Assembly (NCBI GenBank): GCA_964016885.1 | Contig: OZ024740.1 | Location: 135,656,001-135,720,000 of the forward strand | Source: Eledone cirrhosa | Taxonomy: Eukaryota | Reading direction: 5' to 3' | DNA: 64,000 nt | Part shown: piece by piece, positions 51,765-62,744 of the stretch | Layout of the letters: every line of letters starts with the position of its first letter | Position numbering within the stretch: the stretch's first letter is position 1 | Notes under the pieces: generated by a model | Told to the model about the DNA's origin: nothing | Database searches by the model: none | The model's input: only the letters and a program-made list of their open reading frames with translations | Position numbers and translations under genes: made by a program

Positions 51765-51990
51765 TTGTTTTCTTCTGTGCCTTTGACTGCTTCTGTGCCT
51801 TTGACTGCTTCTGTGCCTTTGACTTCTTCTGTGCCTTTGACTTCTTCTGTGCCTTTGATTTCTTCTGTGCCTTTGACTGCTTCTGTGCCTTTGACTGCTT
51901 CTGTGCCTTTGACTGCTTCTGTGCCTTTGACTTCTTCTGTGCCTTTGACTTCTTCTGTGCCTTTGACTTCTTCTGTGCCTTTGACTTCTC
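51765..51990 (-). repeat. 18-bp minisatellite, second copy, ~12 units
   Basis: Same unit, fewer copies. Confidence 0.92.
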
Positions 51991-53779
51991 TGCCATCTAA
52001 TCTAAATACCAAAAAAAAAAAGAATGTAAAACATATATGTTGCCTATCTCTCAGACTTTACAAAGTGCTGAGGAGATAAAGTTAATTTAAAGAGCAGTGT
52101 ACTCATGCACTGTGATCCTATAATGTAGCTTATAAGCTATTTCATAACTAAAAAACAATGTCAAACATTAACAAAAGCATATACAAATATCTTTGAATGT
52201 TTAAGTTAAACCTAAATAGATCGTATCTACAGGTCATTAGGTTAAGACTGAACTAAGATCATATCTATAAATCATTAGGTTTAGACTGAACTGAGATCAT
52301 ACTTTCTTCTTCTTTTCGTCACCTTCGTTTCCCGTGTCTTCTTTGTCTTTGTTGTCATTTTCATTTTAGTCGTCTGCTTCGTCGTCTTTTTCTTCTTTTC
52401 CATCTAAATATAAAAAAAAATTGTAAACTAATATATAGCTGATCTCTCAGACTTTCACGAAACACCAAGGAGATACAGTTAATATAACGAGTGGGGAGCT
52501 CATATATATATATATATATATATGGTATAGCATGGTGTTATGTGGTCTGGTGTGGTACAACATGGTGTGATGTGGTGTGGTATGATATGGTTAGGTGGGG
52601 TGGGGGACACAACATTAGATTAATGTTAACAATACACATGTAGCATCCACATGTGATGAGAAGGCGGAAACAGTGTTTAACTAATTTTAACATTACATGT
52701 AGCATCCATCTACAGGTGATTAAGTTAAGACTGAGGTGTAATCATATGAAAAGGTCAATTTAAAACTACACTGAGATTCTGCTTAAAATGATGGTCAATG
52801 AAGTGTTTACTTACTCAGATCCTTTGAAATAACTTGCTTTCTCTTACTGTAACTGGAGATACTACGAAATAGAAAGCAGTCGAATAGACAGTGGTGTAGT
52901 GTGGTGTGGTGTAGTGTGGTGTGGTGTAGTGTGGTGTGGTGTAGTGTAATGGAGTGTGGTGTAGTATAGTGGAGTGTGGTTTAGTGTAGTGGACAGTGGT
53001 GTGGTGTAGTGGAGTGTGGTTTAGTGTAGTGGACAGTGGTGTGGTGTAGTGTAGTGGAGTGGTGTAGTGTAGTGGAGTGTGGTTTAGTGTAGTGGACAGT
53101 GGTGTGGTGTAGTGGAGTGTGGTTCAATGTAGGGTTGGGGATATGGTGTAGTGGAGTGTTGTGGGATGTAGTGTGGTAGCATGTGGTGCGATGTGATGTG
53201 ATGTGATGTGATGTGATGTGATGAAATGTGATGTGATGAAATGTGATGTGATGAAATGTGATGTGATGTGATGAAATGTGATGTGGTGTGATGAAATGTG
53301 GTGTTCAGTGGTGAAATGTGGTGTTCAGTGGTGAAATGAGGCGTGGCAAGGTGAGGCGTGGCGAGGCGAGGCGGTGCGAGGCGAGATATGCTAACAACTA
53401 ATCCAATCTCCAAGATGCTTGAAACTGACCCCCCCCCCCCCCCCCAGGAAAACGGCGGGGTGAGGTGGTTCCCCCTTCACTCGGATAACCCCTGCTTACT
53501 CGGAATTTTCTCTTTGATTCTATTTTCATGCGTTATCAGTGAATATAACTTCCAAACCATTCAAAAACAACTAGCTTTGGAGAAAGAGAAGAGGGAGAGG
53601 GGAAGAGTTTTGCAGATCTACACCCCACTCACATATTGTGGGACTTAATCATTTTCGGTATATTTCCTGTGCTATTTCCTGTCCTATTTCCTATGCTATT
53701 TCCTATGCTATTTCCTATGCTATTTCCTGTGCTATTAATTAATCTGACCTCCTAGATGCTTCCAATCAACTTATTTCCC

Positions 53780-54130
53780 TGGGTTAGGTTTAGGGTTGGG
53801 GTAATATTTAGGGTTTATTTTTAGGGTTGGGGTAAAGTTTAGGGTTTAGTTTTAGGGTTGGGGTAGTGTTTAGGGTCTAGTTTTAGGGTTGGGGTAAAGT
53901 TTAGGGTTTAGTTTTAGGTTTGGGGTAAAGTTTAGGGTTTAGTTTTAGGTTTGGGGTAAAGTTTAGGGTTTAGTTTTAGGGTTGGGGTAATGTTTAGGGT
54001 TTAGTTTTATGGTTGGGGTATAGTTTAAGGGTTTGGGTAATGTTTATATTTAGATTTAGCTTGGTTTGGTTTAGATTTAGAGTTTAGGGTTGGGGCTAGA
54101 TTTAATTTTATGTTTAATTTAGTTTTAGTT
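53780..54130. repeat. Telomere-like ~31 bp tandem repeat (TTAGGGTTGGGGTAAAGTTTAGGGTTTAGTT) between inverted arms
   Basis: About 8 units; flanked by 'gctattaattaatctgacct' (~53730) and 'aggtcagattagttgatagc' (~54172-54191). Confidence 0.8.
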
Positions 54131-55049
54131 TCCAAATCCCAGGAAAAAAAAATTGATTCAGAGCAACTAAAAGGTCAGATTAGTTGATAGCACTCAAAAG
54201 GAGACCGAAGAAAAATCATTAGGGTATATATCTACAAAACGACAATGGTTTTTCCACCTGCTTTACCCCTCCTTTTTTCTAGAACAACTAATCATTTCCA
54301 ACTGGTTTGGAGGTCATATACGTTGATAACATACAAAAAATCTTAGAGAAAACTCTGGGGTTAAATGAGAGAAGTGCATCCACCTAAGTTTTCCACGAAG
54401 AGAGAGTCAATAACAAACATCTTGGAGATCAGATTAGTTGATAACACATGAAAAAAAGATGAGAAAAAAATGTTGGGTGTTATGTGGTGCGGAGTCGTGT
54501 GGTGTGTTTTTATGTGGTGTGATGTAATGAGGTGTGCTTTTATGTGGTGTGATGTAGTGAGGTGTGGTGTGTTGTGTTGTGGTGTTATGTGGTGTGGAGT
54601 AGTGTGGTGTGTTGTAGTGATGAGTGGTGTCATGTGTTGTGGTGTGGAGTGTTGTGTTGTGTTGTGTTGTGTTGTGTTGTGTTGTGTTGTGTTGTGTTGT
54701 GTTGTGTTGTGTTGTGTTGTGTTGTGTTGTGTTGTGTTGTGTTGTGGTGAGTGGTGTGTTGTGTTGTGGTGTGGAGTTGTGTGGTGAAGTGTCGTGTGAT
54801 GTGGTGCGGTGCACTGCGATGTGGTGTGGTGCGGTGCAGTGTGGTGTTGTGCAGTGAGGTTCTTCATCTTTATTTTTCTCTTCTTCATCTTTGTATTCAT
54901 CTTCTTTGTTTTGTCTTCCATCTAAACAAAAAAAATATATATAAAACATATATGTAGCCAATCTCTCAGACTTTTACGAAGCTCCGGGGAGATAAATTTA
55001 ATATAAGTGGTGTGTTCCTGAACAGAGATACTACAAAATAGCTTAAAAG

Positions 55050-55130
<81 letters not shown>

Positions 55131-55289
55131 AATAAATATACACGGGTGTGTATGATTGTGTATAGAAGATTATATTAATAAAAGGAATTCCAACTTTGTC
55201 TGATTTACTCGTTTTATTTACAATCCTTTAAAATTATAATGGTATTAGAATGAAATAGTATGGTAGAATATTAAGTGTTAAGTGTTAAT

Positions 55290-55328
55290 TGAACAAGTAA
55301 TTTCATGCTTTCGCAATCTTCAGGTTCA
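55290..55328 (-). ncRNA. Minimal type I hammerhead ribozyme motif
   Basis: TGAAC-CTGAAGA-T-TGC-GAAA-GCA-T-GAAA-TTAC-TT-GTTCA. Confidence 0.65.
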
Positions 55329-55636
55329 TAGCTAAATGAACAATAATAATTCTTAGGGGTATAAAAACCCTAGAAAATGTTATTTACATCATTTCTAAAA
55401 ATAGCAAAACAATTGATGCTTTGGATAGAGCCAAATAGAAGTCGTTAGACATGCTCAACCAACCATGACACCTAAACCAATCAGCTTCAGTAATCCAGTG
55501 AAACTACACACCAATTGGTCGAAATACAGTTTGCAAAATTTAGCATTCTGTAGTCGCTTTTCACTGTATATAAGGCACACAATTTACCCATCTCATTACA
55601 GTTGAAAATTGCAAACTTGACTGTCACCACAGAATA

Positions 55637-55675
55637 TGAACCTGAAGATTGTGAAAGCATGAAAATACTTGTTCA
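55637..55675 (+). ncRNA. Minimal type I hammerhead ribozyme motif
   Basis: TGAAC-CTGAAGA-T-TGT-GAAA-GCA-T-GAAA-ATAC-TT-GTTCA. Confidence 0.65.
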
Positions 55676-56155
55676 ATTAACATTTAACACTTAATATTCT
55701 ACCATACTATTCAGATTACATCTATAAAATTCAGATTACATCTATATATATATACATACATATATAATTATACATTCATATATATACATATACATGCATA
55801 TATATATACATATACATATATATACATGCACATATATATACATATACAATATGTATAGGATTCCTTTCCCTTTGAGCACATAATTTACAGGGAATAACGC
55901 GACTCTATGGCTCCGTTAATTTATCTTCATATATATATATACATATGTATACAACACACATATATATACATACACATACACACATATATGCATACACACA
56001 CACATATATATATATACATACACACACACACATATGCATACACACACATATATGCATACACACACATATATATACATACACACATCTATATACATACACA
56101 CACATATATAGATATACATACATATATATACATATATAGAGATTCATACATACAT

Positions 56156-56220
<65 letters not shown>

Positions 56221-56239
56221 GTTGAAACGGTAACACACT

Positions 56240-56897
56240 AAAGGCTTTATCTCACATAATATCCAGTCTATGATATTTTGATATTATTTATTTTGAGAAC
56301 AATACCTTAACATCAGTATGAGTAGCTAGTTATGGCCGGTCTGAACAGAAAGAGCTGAGAAAATTCTGGCCGGATACAGCCAGTTTAAATGCTAAAGGGT
56401 TAAATTATATTCCAAACACCAGCTTAATTATGAAAAAGTTAGTTAAATCACTCCAAATTCTTGATTATTTATAAAGATTATTTGAAACAAACAGTGTCTT
56501 TCATTAGAAATATGGAAACAAAAGGGTTTATCTACCTAAAGATCTTCCACTATATTTTAAGAATCTTCGTTAAGTTATGTTCCAAATACCAGTTTAATTA
56601 TGAGAAAGTTAGTTATATTACTAAAACACTCAAAAGTCTTCATAAATTTAGAAATTATTTGAAACTCATAAGCATTAACTCTCCTGGTAATGAAAGAATA
56701 ACCTTTAGCATTTACATTACTCTATATATACTCTTGTATTTTTATCTAACGTGATATCAAATCTATGAGATTTTGATATTATTTATTTTGAGAACAATAC
56801 CTTAGCATAAATACAAGTGGCCAGTTACAGCTGGTTTGAACAGAAAGAGGTGAGAGAATTCTGGCCAGATACGGCCAGTTTAAATGCTACAGGGTTA
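56240..56897. mobile_element. Cluster of piggyBac-like MITE copies (same family as 12983-13638; another piece near 62135-62250)
   Basis: Ends AAATGCTAAAGGG-TTAA at ~56403 and AAATGCTACAGGG-TTAA at ~56898; shared internal 'ttttgagaacaataccttaaca'. Confidence 0.65.
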
Positions 56898-57290
56898 AGC
56901 ATTTACATTACTCTATATTTACTATTATATTTTCATGGTAAAGGCTTTACCTCACATAATTATCTCACATAATATCGAATCTGAGATTTTGATATTATTT
57001 ATATAATAATAATAATGAAATTATTGTGTACAGTGCTCAGGTGCACTACAACTCATCAAAGGTGCATGTATAGTACATAGAATAATGTACAAATGTCAGG
57101 AAAATGAACAGTGTATGAGTCATGATATAATAATAATAATAATAATGAAATATTGTGTACAGTGCCCAGGTGCACTACAACTCATCAAAAAGTGCATGTA
57201 CAGTACATAGGGCAATGCACAAACATCAGGAAAATGAACAGTGCACGAGTCATGATACACACATGTGTGCATGTGTATGGAAGGGGTACA

Positions 57291-60050
57291 TCAGGTGTAG
57301 TTTTGGCGTATTTCGGGAAGCATGAGTGTCTTAAAGAATGCAGTGTCTCGGCAGCTAACAACTGACGCAGGCAGTTTGTTCCATGCTTCAGCAACTCTGA
57401 GCGTGAAAAAATGTCTACGAAAGTCATGGGAGCTGTGCTGTTTTCTGATTTTGTAGGCATGTCCACGTGTGTTAGACACATGGAGATCAAAAAGGTGTTC
57501 AGGGTTGCAATTGGCGAGATGGTTAATAACTTTGTGGGTATTTACCAAGTCCATTGCCAGACGTCGGAGCTTCAATGAATCCATGCCCAGGGAAGCAAGG
57601 CGTTCAGAGTATGGTAGGTGTCTGATGGAGGGTATGCGCTTGGTTGCACGTCTCTGAACAGTTTCCAGGAGGTCAATGTTCTGAGCAAGATAGGGATTCC
57701 AGACTGATGATGCGAATTCCAAGTGTGGTCGTACCATAGCTGTATACAGTTTTAAATAGATGGCTGGAGAACAGCTAATAAAGGTCTTGCTGAGTGATGC
57801 CAAGACACCCTCGGCCTTCTTGACAATCTTAGAGACATGCTTTGTCCAACGCAAATCGCTGCTGACAGTAATGCCCAGGTCACGTTCACAAGAGGACTTC
57901 TTGGTATCAGTGTTGTGGAGGGAGTATGTGGATGTTGGATTTTTCCTCCCTAAATGCATGGTGGTACACTTGTCCACAGCCAGCTTCAGTTGGCAGTCTG
58001 TGATCCATTGCTGCATTGTGTCCAGGTCTGATTGTAGGAAAGAGTTGTAGATTTCAGGATCAGTCCTTTTGATTTCAAGGTACAGCTTGATGTCATCTGC
58101 ATATTTCAGTACTGTGGCATTCTGTAAGTTGGCATCTATGTCATTAATATATGCCACAAACAAAAGGGGACCAAGAACAGATCCCTGTGGTACAGCAGAT
58201 GACATCTCATATGGTGAAGAATGCTGTCCTGGAACCGTGACTACTTCTTTTCGGCTGAGAATGAAGGATTTCAACCAGTCGAAAAGATCATCCCTCACAC
58301 TCATTGCAGAGAGTTTTGCCATAAGTCTTTTGTGTGGCACAGAATTAAAAGCCTTAGCAAAGTCAAGGTAAACAACATCCACCCATGAGTCGCTGTCAGT
58401 GATCCGGGTGATGTCTTCAAGGAACTCGATAAGCTGATCACAGCAGCTGGAGTTAGGGATAAATCCAAACTGTGAGGGCCAGATGAGGCTGTGAGAGCTC
58501 CAGAAGTTCCAAAGTGTTTCTCTGACACAGGATTCCGTCAGTTTGGCCATACAGCTAGTAAGACTGACTGGACGATAGTTGACAGGTGACATGCGGTTGC
58601 CCTTTTTGAACAGGGGAATGACACTGGCAGTTTTCCACTGCTCCGGAGTAGCACCATTGTTGAGACAATATTGAAAGAAGAAAGCTGGTGCAAAAGGAAA
58701 TACCCACCACGTTTGAGAAGCAGGTATTAACACCATCAAGACCAGCGGAGGCATAGTTGCGCTTATTCTTAAGGTGACGTCGCAACATTGCAGGTGTAAA
58801 TTCCATAGTTGTTATGGAATTTGATGTTAGAGATGGTGGAGATGGTACATTCTGGTTTTCAACAGTAAAAATACTTGCATAGCACTCAGCAATGAGTTCT
58901 GTGCATTCTTTGGGATCGTCAGTGATCTGGCTTGTGTGGGGATTGCGAAGAGGACCAACTGGAGAGTGATGTCTCTGTTTTGAATGAACATATTTCCAGA
59001 ACACCTTACTGTCAGGATTGGTTGCTATGCACTGTTCAAATTCAAGCACTGCCTTCTTTGTCACTTGCTTGAGATGGTTAGAAGATTTATTTCGCTTTTT
59101 TCTGTTGGCATCTGATTTATGCAGTTTATATTCCCGTTCAGCGTTCCGACGTTCTTTCCTGGCAAGTCAGACTGCTGAAGTTTCCCAAATTGCACTTTTG
59201 GGGTGTTTTTTTTCTGCTTACGTGGCACCGATGCTGCACACGCTATCCATATTGAGTCCAGGATGCTCTGGAGAATAGTGTTCACATCTCCAGAGTTATA
59301 CATCTCATGCCAGTTTGGGCGCTGTAGCTCAGTGTAGTACAAGTTCCAATCTGCTTTCTTCCAATCAAAGCAAGCAGATTGGAGATGGTTCTTGTTTTTG
59401 TTGCTGCCCGCAAGTGCCAGATTGACAATGATCATAGCATAATCAGAGTCGCCTAGAGGTTCCTCAGTAGTACAACTGATAACCACTTCAGGAGTAGTGG
59501 TGAAGATCAGGTCCAAAGTGTTGTCACCTCTTGTTGGAGAGGTGACTACTTGTGACCAGTTTGAGTCAAGCACTAGTTCAAGGAAATCGTTTGCACCTTG
59601 TGGCCAACGAAAGGTTTCCCAATCGATCTCAGGATGATTGAAGTCACCTGCAATAAACACATAAGTGGCTGTTTTCTTGGCAGCAACTCTGAGGATATCG
59701 CAAAGCTGTGTGTCCTGATGGTAGTTTGGGGGGCGATAAACAGCACCAAGCAGAAGTGTTGATATGGTCATACGTATGTCACAGAAAAAAACTTCTTCCT
59801 GTGATTCTTTCAAATCAACGCAAGGAATTACCGAAAAGTTTGAACGAACGTAGACCATCACACCATCACCACGGCGATTAATGCGGTCCTTGCGGAAAAG
59901 GTTGTACCCAATAATGCTGAAAACCCCATCACAGAGTAAGGAATGTGCCCATGTTTCTGTGACTGTGATGAAGTCAGGGTCGATGCTTCTGACGTAGGAG
60001 TCAAACAGATGTATCTTGTTGCATAAACTGCGAGCATTTAAGGACAACAA
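57291..60050 (-). pseudogene. LINE ORF2 (APE endonuclease + RT) with frameshifts
   Basis: SLNARSL, TETW, YRPP, AGDFN, LGDSD; YLDFAKAF, VPQGSVLGP, YADD. Confidence 0.9.
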
Positions 60051-60106
60051 TTTGTACCCTGTTTGCAGTTTATGATGGTGTGTAGAGGGTGGCAGGTTGT
60101 TCTGGT

Positions 60107-61396
60107 TTAGTTTCCCAGAGTTGTAGCAGTTTTTTCATTGCCAGTTATTGTGGGTAGATCACACTCAGACCAGCTGGTATCTCTCTTCCACGTTTCACCA
60201 GCCTTAACAAACCTCCAGATCTGCCCATCATCACGCAGACTAAAACTTTCATGTTGTGCTGAGTTCCAATTCAAGGAAGCTGCAGCACGGAGCTTTGGAC
60301 GTACATGGGGTGGTAGGCCTGGGCGTGTTCGGAAGATAATCAGATTTTCACGCCCAGCTTTAACAGAGGCCAGATGGTATGAGATTGCCTCAGCGGGGTC
60401 CGAAAAAGACAGTCTGATGAATCTGGGTTTTGGACCAGGTCGACCAAGGCAGAGAGCACCCTTTGGGGGAACACAGCCTAGGTCTTTGGCAGAGCTGGCA
60501 GCAAATGCCTGAAGATCACCCTTGTCCTCTGGTACCCCAATGGCAATTACTTCATGGGTAGCAGATTCCGCAGTCTTCTCAGTGTGGCCAGAAACGGCAA
60601 GAGGTACAGGGAGATTCTTTAGCAAGGCATTCCGATAAGACCCCTCATTGTGGGGTCCTACCCGAATGCTTGCCTTTATTCCTGTTACTTCCCTTCTTAA
60701 AGCAGAAATCATTAGTTACAATTCTGCAAAATCTGTACTGGGCGGTTGTTGTTGTTGTTGTTGTTGTTGTTGCTGCTGTTGCTGTTGGTGATGATGATGT
60801 TGCTGTTGCTGTTGCTGTTGGTGATGATGATGTTCCTCCACGGGAATGGTAGGGGAAGACACAGTCGCAGGTTGTTGGTGTCGAGATGTACTGGGAGCGG
60901 AAGACATGGGTTGTTGTTGTTTCTGATGTTCTCCCACAGGAATAGCAGCAGAAGCCAGTGTCATAGGTTTTTGCCGTTGTTCAGTAACAATGGTAGAGGA
61001 AGATACAGTCATCGTTTTTTGTTGTTGTTGTTGTTGTTTTTCAATAACATTAGTGGAGGCAGGCACACGGGCCAGGCACTGAAAGGACCAGGATTTTAGC
61101 TGGACCATCTCCCATATTCCATCCATCATAGCATTATGATGTCTCTTTTTTTGGCCTGGGATCCTCCGGAAGCCTGTGGCGCATTGAAGGCAGACAGAGA
61201 TGTGACAGGTTCCACATTCGACCCAGCGATTACGGAACGAGTTTTCGGGTTCCGCACAGATATGACAGATGTGGTTTTCTGGGCAATGTTCTATTTTGGA
61301 ACATCGACCAGTTTTATCGCATACTTCATCGATGGATATCACCATAGCAATTTTGTTATTTCTACCCATCCGTAGAAAAACACAGAATGTAAACAA
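60107..61396 (-). pseudogene. LINE ORF1 with PHD-like zinc finger and polyQ/H tract; one premature TAA at 60716-60718
   Basis: CHIC..WVECGTC..CLQC..FQC; ORFs 60716-61396 and 60107-60712 are in the same frame (TDFAEL*LMIS versus TEFEEIRQMIS in the left element). Confidence 0.8.
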
Positions 61397-62744
61397 TATA
61401 GGTTTAGCGCACTTGATTACGATAGAAATAAAATGTATTTTTTTTTTTTTGTTTTTTTTTTTGTGTATTTTGTTTCCGTTTTCCTAAATGTTGTGTGTGT
61501 ACAGAAGAGTCTGTGCATGTAAACAAATAAATATGCTGCGTAAGTTAAATGAAACGTACTGTAGAAGGCAACAGTTTATTAACAGCGAAATAACGTTTTT
61601 TTTCCTGATACTGCTTCTTTATAATAAACTTTCAATAATATTTTTCAAATTATTAACTTTCAGCTGCTAGTATATATATATATATAATTAAAAGGTGTAT
61701 GTGGGTTAGAAGCGAAGTCAATGTTCAGAGATATTTTACCAATGTACGTAAGATTGGCCGGTATAGTGTCTCACACGAAATAGTGTGGTTTCTTTTCACG
61801 TGTGTGTATATATCTGTATATATATTGTTGTTTATATGTTTTGTGGAGTACTAACTGCGATCCCTAAGGGATGTAGTGATTTGTTTTTGTTTCCTTTTTC
61901 CCCGTCCATGTCCACACGTGGTTTGTTGGCGAAAATCAAGTCAAATTAAATATACTTCGTTAAAATAATTCTATGTTGAAGCTGGTACTAGTTGTCAGGG
62001 AACAGTCAGAGTAATTGTAATAATGAATATTGTAATCCATCTGACATGTGTTTAAAGGGCAGTTTTTGGTGAAAATATTATATTTTGTTTGGTCAAGACG
62101 TGGTCAAGCGACCTTCCTTGTCGCCATTTTGTATTTATGTTGAGAATAATACCTTAACATCAGTATGAGCAGCCGGCTACAGCCGGTTTGAACAGAAAGA
62201 GATGAGCGAATTCTGGTCAGATACAGCTGGTTTATATGCTAAAGGGTTAAATAAACTGTATTCCTCAATATTTTATCAATAAAAAATGGAAGTATATTCG
62301 GTACTAAATATAATTAGAGTGTGACTTTATTTCTGGAGAATTTATTTACAAATATTCAAGTTTCAAGGAATGGAATCTTGCCTAATTAGAACAAATACAT
62401 GAAACCTTTTTTTTTTTTTTTTTTTTCAGATCTTTCAATTTTTCCAAATATAACATGTTTTGACATAGTTTTGGTAGGATTTTACTGGCTTGAGAAATGT
62501 TTGTATTGAATCATAACAATATAGTGTAGGTTGAGCTAGATACCCTTTCTAATACCAATCAAAGTAGTTGGTACTAGAAAGAGTATCTAGCTGTAGAAAC
62601 CATGCCAAAACTGACAGGAATGTATATGAAATGTGTCCCCTGTTTCATCTTAGAAAACAGTTGCTCTAATTAAGTATTTTTAACAGGGATAATTGGATGT
62701 AATATTATGGTTATGCCCTTCTTATCACCAACAGAAGTTTGGGG

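Larger units (their letters stand above)
37163..53300. repeat. Tandem segmental duplication: copy A ~37163-44890, copy B ~44891-53300
   Basis: Same order in both copies: foldback modules, SINE, hexamer array, 18-bp minisatellite, exon-like cassettes; offsets 7.7 kb (39476/47241) to 8.3 kb (43683/51996, 44546/52861). Confidence 0.93.
51743..54921 (-). other. Exon-like cassette set B (54921-~54857, 52861-52815, 52403-52303, 51996-~51743)
   Basis: Duplicate of set A plus a further paralogous acidic cassette (GRQNKEDEYKDEEEKNKDEE) after tttgtttAG; ATG of the 47-nt exon is ATC here. Confidence 0.45.
55254..55711. mobile_element. ~460 bp element with ~77 bp inverted arms, each containing a hammerhead ribozyme motif
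   Basis: 55254-55330 is the reverse complement of 55635-55711 with about 3 mismatches. Confidence 0.8.
57003..61490 (-). mobile_element. Apparently full-length CR1/L2-group LINE, related to 1-4729
   Basis: ORF1 (PHD-like + polyQ), ORF2 EN 59061-60050, linker 58555-59064, RT 57291-58754, duplicated 3' end with (TTA)n tails. Confidence 0.93.

Noticed and set aside
53780-54130. True telomere or chromosome fusion site
   Set aside because: Not a pure TTAGGG array, no head-to-head inversion, and enclosed by element-like arms
1-61490. Two inverted related LINEs acting as ends of a composite transposon around GRWD1
   Set aside because: The copies are clearly diverged, LINEs do not mobilise intervening DNA this way, and independent insertions explain it
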